The translations under genes and the position numbers were made by a program. Below the pieces are notes generated by a model, which saw only the letters and a program-made list of their open reading frames with translations, had not been told where the DNA came from and made no database searches. A stretch of 64,000 bases of DNA from Mobula hypostoma (lineage: Eukaryota): NCBI RefSeq assembly GCF_963921235.1, contig NC_086097.1:81718001-81782000 (forward strand), written 5' to 3'. This document shows, one piece after another, positions 39,870 to 52,267 of this stretch. Position 1 is the stretch's first letter; each line of letters begins with the position of its first letter.

Positions 39870-42800
39870 GCTGATGTTGAGAAGACCCTGGCCAGGGAAA
39901 CCAAGGTAAAGCAGTAGGGTTTGATAACATACCTGGTTAGGTGCAGAGGGACAATGGAGCCTAGTTAACAGAGGTTCTAACAGCCATCTTCAACATCTGT
40001 CCCTGCAGGCTTCGAGGCAGCTGTCATCAAACCTTACTGCCCAAGGGGGCGATGATAACCTACCTTAACGATCACTGTCCAGTGGCACAGAATGAAGTGT
40101 TTTGAGCGGCTGGTTATGGTTTGATTTAAATACCATCTTCCTGCTACATTGGACCCTTTCCAGTTCACATCGCTGAAATTGGTCCACTGATGATACCATA
40201 GCCTTTGCTTTCCATTCCACCCTGTCCCACCTGGAAAATGGTGCCCCATACAATGGGATGCAGTTTATTGACTTCAGCTCAGCATTTAATATGATCATCC
40301 CTTAGAAGTTGGTGCTTAAACTGTCGGCATAGGGTCTCTCTGTAACTGGATCTTTGACTTCTTGACCGAAGGGCCCCAGTCAGTTGGTGTTGGTAGAAAT
40401 ATCTCTAGCTCCATCATGCTGAGCACTGGCGCCCCAAGGCTATGTGCTGAGTCTGCTGCTGTTCATGCTGATGATACGACTGTTTTACTGGATCCAGCTC
40501 AAACCAAATCATTATGCTCGCTGATGACACAACAGTGACTGGCCTCATCAACAACAAGACAGCGTACAAGGAGAAGATAGAGTGGCTTTTAGAAAGGTGC
40601 AAGCATAACAACTCAAGTCTTAATGTGGACAAGGCTAAAGAGGTGATTATGGATTTCAGGAAGGTGCAGGCTGACCATTCCTCATTGCACATAAACAGTT
40701 CCCCCATGGAAAGAGTTAGGAGCACCTAGTTTCTAGGTGTGCACGTAATGGACGATCTCACCTGGGCTCTCAATACCCTTCTTTAGTCAAGAAAGCACAG
40801 CAGTGTCTCCACCTCCTGAAGAGACCAAGGTGACTGAGGCTGACTCCCCTCCCATTCTAACCAATTTTTACAGGAGCACCTTTGAGAGTGCCCTGACCAG
40901 CTGCATCACCGTCTAGTACAGGAATTGCAAATCATTTGACTGCAAGGCCCTACAAAGGATTGTGAGGACTGCTGAGAGAATAATTGGGTTTTTTCTTCCA
41001 CCCATCAGATGTACCTCTCTGGAGCATTGTCAAGGATTCCTCCCACCTGTCCCACAATTTCATTGAGCCCCCTCTCATCACCAGGAAGCACTGTAGCATT
41101 AGGACACCTATTAGGACTCGTCCTCACCCTCAACAATTTCTCCTTTGGCTCCTCTCACTTTCTCCAAACCCAAATGGTAGCCATAGGCACATGAATGGGC
41201 CCCAGCTATGCCTACCTTTTCATTAGCTACATAGAACAGTTCATGTTCCAAGCCCTTGCTGGTAATGCTTTCTAACTCTTCCTGTGCTGCATTCGTGATT
41301 GCATTTGTGCTGCTTCATGCACCCATGCTGAGCTTGTCAATTTCATCAACTTTGCCTCCAACTTTCACCCTGCCCTTAAATTCACATGGTCCATTTCTGA
41401 CACTTCTCTCCACTCTCTCAATCTCTACCTTCTGCTCCAGCAACAAACTGTCTACTGACATCTTTTATAAACCTACCGATTCCCATGGCAATCTTGACTA
41501 CCATTTCGCACGATGTCTCCCGTAAAAATGCTATTCCCTTTTTTCAGTTCCTTTTTCTCTGCCACATCTGCACCCAGGATATGGCTTTCCTTAACAGGAC
41601 ATCAGAGATATCCTCCTTCTTCAGAGAACGAAGGTTCCCTTTGTCCACTATTGATGCTGCCAACTCTTGTATCTCCTCCATTTCCTGAACATCCACACTC
41701 AACCCATCTTTCTGCTGCTTTAACAGTTCCTCTTGTCCTCACCTACAACCCTATCAGCTTCTGCATCCAATACATCATTCTGTACAACTCCTGTTATCTC
41801 CAAAGGGATCCTACCAATAAACATATCTTTACCTCCTCCCATCTTTCCTTGATTCCCTTGTCCATTCATCTCTTCCCACTAACCTCCTTTCAGGCATATA
41901 TCCCTGCAAGTGATAGAAATAGTTCAACTGCCCAGTCACCTGCTCCCTTACCTCCATTCAGCCAGACAGCCCTTCCAGGTGAGACAGCACTTCACCTGTG
42001 ACTCTCTGGGGGTGGGGTCATCTATTATACCCTGTGCTCCCATTGCATCCTTCTCTACATTGGTGTGACCCGACGTAAATCGGGGGATCACTTTGTTGAG
42101 CACCTCCACTCCATCGAGCAAGAGCAGAATTTCCCGGTGACCAACCATTTTAATTACATTCCTCATTCCCATTCTGACATTTTGGACTATGGCTTCTTCG
42201 TTTGCAACAATTAGGCCATTATCAGGCTGGAGGAGCAACACGTCATGTTCCACCTAGGTAGCCCCCACCTGATGGCATGAACATCAATTTTTCCTTCTGG
42301 TAGTTTTTTTCCCTTCTCTTCCCTTCCCTCATCTTTTATTCTCCACTCTGGCTTCTTCCCTCTTCCTCACACCTGGCTGTCACCTCGCCCTGGTGTCCCT
42401 CCTTCTTTTCTTTCTCCCATGGTCCACTCTCCTCTTTTATCAGATTCCTTCTTCTCCAGCCCTCTACCTTTTCACCCACTTGGCTTTATCTATCACTTTC
42501 TAGCTAGACCTCCTTCCCCTCCCCCCACCTTTTATTCTGGTGTTTTCCCCCTTCCCTTTCAGTTCCAAAGAAGCGCCTCAGCACAAAATGTTGACTGTTT
42601 ATTCATTTCCATAAGTGTTGGCTGACCCTCTAAGTCCCTTCAGCATTTTGTGTGTGTTGCATTAGAATGGCAAATGGCTTTTTCCCTCAGGCCGTGAGAC
42701 TACTGAACTCCCTTACACCATCCAGGTCTCACCATGTATGAAGTATATAGCATTATATTGTTTACTTTTAACTTGTGTCATAAATGCACCATATGCTAAA

Positions 42801-42985
42801 TGTCAATTTTCTGGAATACATTTTATTATTTGTTAATTTATTTCTGGTAATATTACTTTATGTGATGTGTGTGAGTATATGTACAATGTTGTACACCTTG
42901 ATCCAGAGGAACGTTGTTTCATTTGGCAGTATAGGTGTATATGGTTGGTTGACAATAAACTTGAAGTTGAAGTTGAAGTTGAACC
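39870..42985 (+). mobile_element. Rex1/Babar LINE, 5'-truncated and decayed, interrupted by a Penelope element
   Basis: [44 protein letters not shown] plus (TTGAAG)n tail. Confidence 0.85.
41115..42660 (+). mobile_element. Penelope-like element (RT plus GIY-YIG), 5'-truncated, decayed
   Basis: GTHMGPSYACLF-like, NFHPALKFTWSIS, DIFYKPTDSH, LLYIGVT motifs; terminal repeat; TSD ATTAG at 41110-41114 and 42661-42665. Confidence 0.85.
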
Positions 42986-44519
42986 TGAGATTGACTCTCA
43001 CGTTTCATTCACCATTTAATGGGCCAATCACTGTATCCAGTCCATCTGTGCTCAGTTCTTGACAAGTTACTGAAGCCGGATCTCCTTCAGTTGGGCATTT
43101 TCACTCTTCCATGAACACTTGAGAACAAATTATCTTCCCCTTCTTAGATTGCCATTTGTTATTGGGGATGATTTACTTTCATTCTGATTTTGTGAGTTTT
43201 TGTGTAGTTGTAGTAACCAAGACCTAATTATACCATAGACTCTGTGACCCAGCTGTTCACCCATTTAACTCAGTTAATTTGCACTCCAATATTCTCTGGA
43301 CAAGATCAATGCATTTTATCCCTACTCATAAGGCAGAAAGAAACTATTAAATAAAATTCTTCCATGTATATTTCAGGAACTCATCACCTTTTTTGCCAGT
43401 AACTGGGTTTCCCTCAGCCATTACCAAGGAAATTGAAATATTCTATCTTCTATTATATACAAATTTCTCTAACGTTTGCCTACAGAGTAGTTCCACTAGC
43501 TGCATCTTAACAGCTGTGAACATATGTAACTATAACAAAATATACAGGATCTTTTCCTGTTCCTTAACTCTGAACAATTAGATTTAATCTTTAAATCTCC
43601 TACTAGTAGCTGATAAAAGAAAGGACCTCGCAGAACCTAAACATTCAAAGTTCAAAGTACATTTATTATCAAAGATGTATACGTTATACAGCGCTGAGAT
43701 TTGTCTCCTTACAGGCAGCCAGTAAACAAAGAAACCCAAAAGAACCTATTAAAAAAAAGAACATCAAGCACCCAATGTACAGAAAGAAAAAAAAACAAAT
43801 CATGCAAACAATAAATGAAAGCAAATAGCATTCTGAACTGAAAAAAGAGTCCAACCACAGATCCTTAGCTCACCACAGAGCCGAGTCACAGAACAGTGAG
43901 CTGAACTGGCCCAGCTCTCTCGTTGTGCCCCAACACCCGAGCAATTTCAATCTGGCCTGGTGCTTAAATTGTCATCCAAACATTGGATTCGCTCTGGGGC
44001 CAGGACCCAGCGCCTCAATTCAGTCTGTACCCAATCTTTCCAATTCAGGATGGCACTTAAATCGATTGAACCTCAGGTCTCCCTCACTCTTGGAGATGGG
44101 CCTGCTGCCTTGCCTCACCTTGGTTCAGCTGCATTGAGTTACCTTCAAGTGCAAAGGGATGCTGCATGCTGTTTGAGATGGTCGCTTACCAGAAAACCAG
44201 TGATTAACAATATACTTAGTTGTTTTCTTTGTTTCATTAGCCACCAGCCAGAAGTCACTGAGATTCACCAGCACCTTTGTAAACTGGAAACCTTAAACCG
44301 TGACATCATCGACACAACCTTGTTGATTGGATTTCTGTGTTCAGAGCAGAGAGTCTTGTTGGGTTGGATTACTGCCCATTACACCACTGGTGTTCAGGGT
44401 GCAATGAACGCCCTTCAACTCTGGTAATGTTCAGGGCTTCTTTCATCCTGCCAGAAGCTTTCTCATGGCTTTTGCTACTGTCAGTCACGCAAGTCCCAGC
44501 TGGAGACTCAGGAATACCA

Positions 44520-44755
44520 TCAACCTCAGATATGGTAATAATTTTGCCTTACCAGTCAGGGTTATTAGCCCTGAACTGAAGCCCTGAACTTGGAGGATCA
44601 GAGGACCACTTTTAGTCTGGCTCTACCCTTTGACCTGTTTGGCATGGGTGAACCTACCAATAGCCAAAGCATTCAGCCCTAACTCCAGCCAACATAGCTC
44701 TCTGGGTCAGAAGCTTCTAAAGCCAAAGACAAGGTTGTGGTTCTCTTGGAGGAAC
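44520..44755 (-). repeat. RTE-like non-autonomous fragment
   Basis: Recalled resemblance to RTE 5' UTR-derived repeats only. Confidence 0.35.
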
Positions 44756-44989
44756 AGGTTGGATTAGCGGTTTGCAATATTTTCCTTTGTTTATTTATTC
44801 ATGAGTTGTGGACATCACTGATATTTTATTTTTCATTACTAATTACAAAGTGAGGAACCATTTGGAATTAGACACATTGGTGTAATTGGAGTAAACTAAA
44901 GGTTGATCTGGTAAAAATGGCAGACTATTCCCCTGAAGGATGTAAGTGAATAGCATAAACTCTTACTATGTATTTTGTATTAGGGTAAT

Positions 44990-45948
44990 ACAAAATCTGC
45001 AGATGCTGGAAATCCAAGTACACACACAAAATGCTGGAGGAACTAAGCAGGCCAGGCAGCATCTATGGAAAAGAGTACAGTCGACGTTTCAGGCCGAGAC
45101 CCTTCTTCAGGACTTGAAAAAATCATGAGAAGTTACAGCAAAAAAAGTACAGGGTGGTAGTTGACAGATGAAACCAGAAGAGGAAGAGGGGTGAAGTAAA
45201 GAGATGGGAAGTTGATTGGTGAAAGAGATAAAGGGGGATCTGATAGGAGTGGGTGGAAGACCATGGAAGGAAGGAAAGGGGGATGAGTACCAGAGGGAGA
45301 TGATGGGCAGGTAAGGAGATAAGATGAGAGAGGGAAAAGGGAATGGGGTATGAGCAGAGGTTTGAGAGATCGATGTCATGCCATCAGGTTGGAGGTATTA
45401 GGCATTAGTTTATATACCCAGATGGAATATAAACTGTTGCTCCTCCACCCTGAGGTGGCCTCAAGCAGTAGAGGAAGCCATGGACTGACATTTTGGAATG
45501 GGAGTAAAAGTAGAATTGAAGTGTGTGGCCTCTGGGAGATCCTGTTTTTTCTGGGGATTAGAGCATAGGTCTTCACTGAAGCGGTCTCCCAATCTATGTT
45601 GGGTCTCACCAATATACAGGAGGCAACACTTGGAGCACCGGATACAGTATCTTTTCCCTTTCTTCCGTGACCTTCTGCCCTCTCCTATCTGATACCCACT
45701 TCTCCAGCCCTTTATCTCTTTCACCAATCAGCTTCCCAGCTTTTTACTTCACCCCTTCCCTTCTCCTGGTTTCACCTATCACCTACCACCTTGTACTACT
45801 TTCTCCCTTGTCACCGCCTTCTTGATTTAACTTCTCATCTTTTCTCCAGTTCTCATGAAGGGTCTTGGCCTGAAACATCAAATGTTTACCCTTTTCCATA
45901 GATGCTGCCTGGCCTGCTGAGTTCCTTCAGCATTTTGTGCGTGTTGTC
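44990..45948. mobile_element. Penelope-like element with inverted terminal (pseudo-LTR) copies
   Basis: ~45020-45650 minus (GIY-YIG CLLYIGETQHRLGDRF) joined to a plus-strand copy of the same terminus at 45651-45948. Confidence 0.85.
45079..45114 (-). ncRNA. Minimal type I hammerhead ribozyme motif (Penelope-associated)
   Basis: AGUC-CUGAAGA-AGGGUCUCGGCCU-GAAACGUC-GACU: intact core, stem I AGUC/GACU, palindromic ACGU helix III. Confidence 0.7.
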
Positions 45949-47665
45949 CAGTATGTTAATGGTCACTATAACCGAGGCTAACATTGTTTTTAAAATGCCA
46001 AATTTATTTAACAACCCTAACATAAATTAACCAAAGATAAAAAAAAACTACTCTGTTCGATGATTCAGAATCTCCTCTTTTACCTGATGTACTTATGGAT
46101 TTGAGAACAGTGGACGTTGAAAGACAAAATGACTGCTTGACAGTCTGTGGCAACCTAATAAAGCTAGCAGAATGTCAATTTTTTTTTGTTAATGGATCAT
46201 TTGTATAATATGATGTGTAGACTTTTAGGTTTAACTAGTTGAGCAGGCATGCTGGAAAATCAAACCTCTCTCCTAGCAGATCTAAATCCCCACCAGGGAG
46301 GAAATCAGTAGATGGATGAAGATTACAATGGCAGCTGTTAGAACACAGGATATGCAATCAGCAGATAAGTTTTCTTGCCACAGTCGAGTCCCATCTCAGG
46401 AAGGTCTGGGTCCTACATCAGGCGATGGCAGGTATTTTCTCTCTATAAGATCAGGACCCACAGGTGTCCTTACTTCACCAACACCTGTAAAATTTACCAT
46501 GACTGTCAGCTTATCTGCCATGTGATCACTAGAGGAGATCATCTGAGTTTCAAGTTGGCCATCACAAATACATAAAGGTTGTGACTGACTGCTTGTCAAA
46601 GTGCTGGCAGCTTGAATAATGAGCATTGAAGGACTTTGCACCACAGTACATATCAGAGATTATAGCTGCCCCTGGAGCAAACTGTAGTATTCATCACCCA
46701 AAGGGTTGGAGCACAATGTTCTTGCTTGAGTACAAATATAAAACCCCAACTAGTAATGACTGGGAGCAGTACAAAAAAATATAATATCCAGTGTTGAGGT
46801 GCACTGTCACAGTGAGACCCCTATACCTGAAGGACACACATTCCAGCCAAGTGTTCCTGACTTGAAACCTCGATTCTTCTTCTCTTCCTCTCAATGCTGC
46901 TTGAGCCGCTAAATGCTTCCGGCCATAATAGTTTTGGTTTTGGATTTCTAGCTTCTGTAGTTATTTTGCTCCAAATGGTGTGAGGATTGATATGTTTGAG
47001 TATTTTTTGAAAGGAAGGGTGAAGGGATAAATGTTATATACCCACTGGGGCAAATACATCGCGAGGTACACCTTCCCTGCTTTACTAATTAAACACCAGC
47101 AGTATAATCAGTGTCTCTGTGACTGTCCCCAATGGCAAACTTTAATAAAGTCTTCTTGGTGACAGTGGAAGCCACCTTTCCCCAACATGGCATTCAGTGA
47201 GGCAACACAGTAATGTAGCATAGCCTTTATGAGTCTAAGTTCCATCCTAACACCGCCTTTGCTTCTCTTCCTAATTCCAGTATGCACCAAATGCCATGCT
47301 TTCTATCAGCCTTTAAATGAAGGGGTTGAAAATAACTTGTGTGTGGTCATTGTGCCCACTTGATCTAATTGGTCAAGAGTCTGAGAAGTAAAATGCTGAT
47401 GCAGTGACTGAAATGAAAAGTCATTGTCGAATGAGCTGCATTTAGTTCTTTGTTTGCCATAGACTCCTGCAACAGTCTCAGCCAGAAACGTCAACTGTTT
47501 ATTCCCCTCCATTCATGCTGCCTGTCCTGCAGAGTTCCTCCAACACTTGTGTGGTTTGTTCTGGATTTCCAGCATCTGCAGAATCTCTTATATCTGATAC
47601 TTTGTCTGTCATGTCAGGATAAAAAGAAAAGTAACGTTAACCTTTGTGAGTGCATTTCAACATAC

Positions 47666-47758
47666 CCATGACAGATTTGTAAAAACGAGGAACAGACTTG
47701 TAATAATAGTTAGCACTAAATCGGAGAAAACCACTTTCTGTCTGAGGTACATTGACAT
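47666..47758 (-). CDS. Candidate first coding exon (exon 47666-47827) encoding a signal-peptide/anchor-like N-terminus
   Basis: Acceptor ttgtattcttcctccag, ATG with A at -3, MSMYLRQKVVFSDLVLTIITSLFLVFTNLSW, donor TGG|gtatgt (phase 0). Confidence 0.45.
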
Positions 47759-47944
47759 TCTCTCCCTGCTCAGTTATATGGCACATCTGTATCTTGGCTT
47801 CTCCTATCGTTATGTGATGTGTTTTACCTGGAGGAAGAATACAATGCTAATTACTATGACCCTCGCTGTATTCTGTAGATGTAATCTGCCATAATTTAAT
47901 TACTGAATGGAAGCATTATTCAGTAGAATGGAGTGAGCAACCAG

Positions 47945-48255
47945 GGCAGAAGTATAGTCCAGTGGTTGATGGTGCTATTTCACAGTTCCAGGCACCAATA
48001 TTCAATCCTAAACTTGAGTATTGTCTACGTGGAATCTGTACATTCTCCGGATGGTGGCTGGAGTTTTGTGCATGCACAGGTTTCTTCCCACAAGTTAAAG
48101 AATAATTTCATGTAATTTGGCTCTTTTAAGTTGCTTCTCATGCAAATAGGTGACAGGAGAATTAGGTGAGATGATGCAAGAGTTAAAATGGGATTATTGT
48201 GTAGTTAGGTAACTGATTGGCAATGGGCTAAAGGTCCTGTTTCTATTATGTAACA
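47945..48255 (+). mobile_element. V-SINE (HE1-like), old
   Basis: tRNA-like head, degenerate V-domain, CR1-like tail (GGGCTAAAGGTCCTGTTTCT). Confidence 0.65.
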
Positions 48256-48319
48256 ATCAAGATTTCTATTTATTCCAAATACTGAGTAAGTTGAGTTATA
48301 TTACAAGTCTGAGTCATAG

Positions 48320-49080
48320 CAAGGGTGTACTGTAGAGGCTTTATAAGGCACTGATGAGACCTGGTTGGTGTATCGTGAGCAGTATTAGACCCCTTATCTA
48401 AGAAAGGGTGTGCTGAATTAGGTGAGAAGGTCTATGGAAATTATTATGGAATTGAAAGGCTTATCATGTGAGGAGCATTTGATAGCTCTGGATCTGTAAT
48501 CACTGCAATTCAGAAGAATAACGGGGGATCTAACTGAAGCCTATCAAATGTTCGGATCATCCTCACACTTGGCCACAAAGCCATAAATTCTGTCATGCAA
48601 ATCACTGACATATAACGTAAAAAGAAGTGGTCCCAAAGCAGACCCCTGTGGAACACTACCAGTCACTGGCAGCCAACCAGAAAAAGATTCTCCTTTTTCC
48701 CATTCTTTGGCTCCTGACATTCAGCCAGGAACAGACCTTTCGGCTCACAATGTCTGGAATAAACACAATGGCAATTAGTGTAATTTTCTTCTGGCTGTAC
48801 ATAATGCATATGCCCCCATTTCCTGCATATTCATCCTGTATGTCTATCTAACAACATCTCAAGTGCCACTGTTATTTTTGCCTCCATCTCTCCTTCCAGC
48901 AGCTCATTTGGACACTTGTTCTGTGTGAAAAAATACTTGCCCTGAACAACTGGTTTAAACTTTCCATTCTCACTTTAAGTGCATGTCTTCTAGTACCTGA
49001 CATTTTTACCTTGGGAAAACAATTCTAGCAGTCTTCTCCATCATCTTATAAACTTCTATGAGATCTCCCCTCGGCCAGAA
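48320..49080. repeat. Old CR1 fragments in both orientations
   Basis: LYKALMRP on the plus strand; GVPQGS and a 3' tail on the minus strand. Confidence 0.6.
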
Positions 49081-49233
49081 TAAGTTAGCCATATTGATTC
49101 GATCTCACTTAACCTGCCCATTTCCCTTTGTAGATTCCTTAGTCCTCTACACGATTCAAGCTTGTGCATTAGTTAAGTTGTCCTAACAGCAATCATACAA
49201 TCTCTCCAGCTTCGAAGGTGCATGAAGCTAGGC

Positions 49234-50550
49234 ATTCTGGATAGACAGGGGCTTATTAGGGAGAGTCAACATGGCTTTGTGCGTGGTAGGTCATGTTTGA
49301 CCAATCTGTTGGAGTTTTTCGAGGAGGTTACCAGGAAAATGGATGAAGGGAAGGCAGTGGATATTGTCTACATGAACTTCAGTAAGGCCTTTGACAAGGT
49401 CCCGCATGGGAGGTTAGTTAGGAAAATTCAGTCGCTAGGTATACATGGAGAGGTGGTAAATTGGATTAGACATTGGCTCGATGGAAGAAACCAGAGAGTG
49501 GTGGTAGAGAATTACTTCTCTGAGTGGAGGCCTGTGACTAGTGGTGTGACACAGGGATCAGTGCTGGGTCCATTGTTATTTGTCATCTATATCAATGATC
49601 TGGATGATAATGTGGTAAATTGGATCAGCAAGTTTGCTGATGATACAAAGATTGGAGGTGTAGTAGACAGTGAGGAAGGTTTTCAGAGCCTGCAGAGGGA
49701 CTTGGACCAGCTGGAAAAATGGGCTGAAAAATGGCAGATGGAGTTTAATACTGACAGGTGTGAGGTATAGCACGTTGGAAGGACAAACCAACGTAGAACA
49801 TACAGGGTTAATGGTAAGGCACTGAGGAGTGCGGTGGAACAGAGGGATCTGGGAATACAGATACAAAATTCCCTAAAAGTGTCGTCACGGGTAGATAGGG
49901 TCGTAAAGAGAGCTTTTGGTACATTGGCCTTTATTAATCAAAGTATTGAGTATAAGAGCTGGAATGTTATGATGAAGTTGTATAAGGCATTGGTGAGGCC
50001 GAATCTGGAGTATTGTGTTCAGTTTTGGTCACCAAATTACAGGAAGGATATAAATAAGGTTGAAAGAGTACAGAGAAGGTTTACAAGGATGTTGCCGGGA
50101 CTTGAGAAACTCAATTACAGAGAAAGGTTGAATAGATTAGGACTTTATTCCCTGGAGCGTAGAAGAATGAGGGGAGATTTGATAGAGGTATATGGAATTA
50201 TGATGGGTATAGATAGAGTGAATGCAAGCAGGCTTTTTCCACTGAGGCAAGGGGAGAAAAAAACCAGAGGACATGGGTTAAGGGTGAGGGGGGCAAAGTT
50301 TAAAGGGAACATTAGGGGGGGGCTTCTTCACACAGAGAGTGGTGGGAGTATGGAATGAGCTGCCAGATGAGGTGGTAAATGTGGGTTCTTTTTTAACATT
50401 TAAGAATAAATTGGACAGATACATGGATGGGAGGTGTATGGAGGGATATGGTCCGTGTGCAGGTCAGTGGGACTAGGCAGAAAATGGTTCGGCACAGCCA
50501 AGGGCCAAAGGGCCCGTTTCTGTGCTGTAGTTTCTATGGTTCTATGGTTC
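49234..50550 (+). mobile_element. CR1 LINE, 5'-truncated, young
   Basis: ORFs 49222-49770 and 49834-50358 carry RT motifs; TTCTATGG tail. Confidence 0.93.
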
Positions 50551-51442
50551 AATGGTGGTCTATTTTGAGGTAGCAGCTCTTCAACACTGTTTTGAGAAGT
50601 GAAAAGTTTGCCCATTTTCTTCTGCAGCAGTGATTTATGTAACTGAATGCAGTCTCTATGATTGAGGTGCGTAACAGCCATTCCCTTTTCTGATTTCCTT
50701 CCTCCCTCTTGGAATTCTTGTTAGACTTCTATTGATGCCTAAGAGATCCAGGGATTTGGAAAAATGCTGTTTAAAATGGGGGATAGTACAAGGTCAGAGT
50801 TTCCATTGTGACTGAATCCAAGTCAAATGGATGCAAGGCATCAGGAAAAGGTCATTTTATTTTCACAAGGATAATAGAATTTGTGAATACACCCATAGTA
50901 TTTCCCCCCTTTTTTTCTTACATGCAAAACATAGGTAAACCAGATGCTAATGATGTAATAGGAGAAAGAGAAATGGAAACTTCAAGCATGATATTTACAT
51001 TGAAATGTACCCTGATGTCACTCTGTGTAAGTTATAATTTTCTTTGCCTGCTTTCATAGTCCAACTAGCAGAAGTAATTTTCTCTTTCCATACTATCAAT
51101 GCCTTTTAAAGATTTGATCCAATCATTCCTTTGAGCTTATAAATCCAAGGGAATGCAGTCCAATTTTCTGCATTTTTTTTCTCTTGTAAGTTAACCTTTG
51201 GAGTTGAGAGATTTGGAAAATCCTATGGTGCATTTTCTTGAAGGCCAACATGTCTTTTGGATGATTCTGTGCTGCGTCTCAGAGCAATTCAATTGTTGGA
51301 AAAATCTGGAAACTTGATGAAACTTTCTGATTACGTGTTTATGTCAGAAACATAAATTCATTACTTTAATAAAAATTCTGGCCTCAGTCAAGAAATATAT
51401 ATCACAAACATTTACTGACAATAACAATTTTACCACAAATTA

Positions 51443-52068
51443 CAGGGGGGGGGAGTGGAGGTGAGTGATAGGTTCGTGGCCTAAGGTAGAAGGAATCAAT
51501 TTTAGAAAATGTAGCGCATTTATTTTTCAACATAGTCCCCTTCTACATTTACACGCTTAGTCCAGCAGTCATGGAGCATACGGATGCCTTCTTTGTAGAA
51601 GTGTTCCACAGCAGGGGTGATTGATAAGTTCGTCGCCTAAGGTAGAAGGAGATAGCTATTAACTTCAAACTTTCTGCATTATTACTCAAAGAGTTGAACT
51701 GCACATGCATGTAACAAGAGCATCTTAGACCTCCAGTGGTCCACAGCAGGGGTGATTGATAAGTTCGTGGCGTAAGGTAGAAGGAGATGAGTTATACAGC
51801 TCTCGTTACATGCACATGCAGTTCAACTCTTTGAGCGAAAATGCAGAAAGTTTGAAGTTTCTCCTCATCTCCTTCTACCTCAGGCCACGAACATATCAAT
51901 CTCCCCTGCTGTGGACCACTTCTGGAGGTCCAAGACGCCGACTTCTACAAAGAAGGGATCCATATGCTCCATGACCGCTGGACTAAGTGTGTAAATGCAG
52001 GAAAAATGCTAGGTTTTCTAAAATTGATTCCTTTTACCTTAGGCCACAAACTTATCAATCACTCCTCG
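51443..52068. mobile_element. Mariner-derived fold-back (palindromic) non-autonomous element
   Basis: TIR motif GGGGTGATTGATAAGTTCGTGGCCTAAGGTAGAAGGA occurs three times forward and twice inverted; transposase C-terminus DFYKEGIHMLHDRWTKCV. Confidence 0.8.
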
Positions 52069-52267
52069 AATTTGGAATCTGGGATCAGGGCACAAACTTT
52101 TGAATCAATTAACCTATTTCCAAAGGATGATATATAACAGACGGGTTGTATTGTACAATAGATCACAGATATCAGAAAGCCACATCAACTACTTGGGGCT
52201 AGAAATCTTTATGGAAAGATAGCAATTTAAAAACTTCTTGATACTTAATTTTTAGTGGTTAAAATCA

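Noticed and set aside
51460..51790. Spaced direct repeats resembling a CRISPR array
   Set aside because: Mariner TIR copies in vertebrate DNA; long, related spacers and no cas genes
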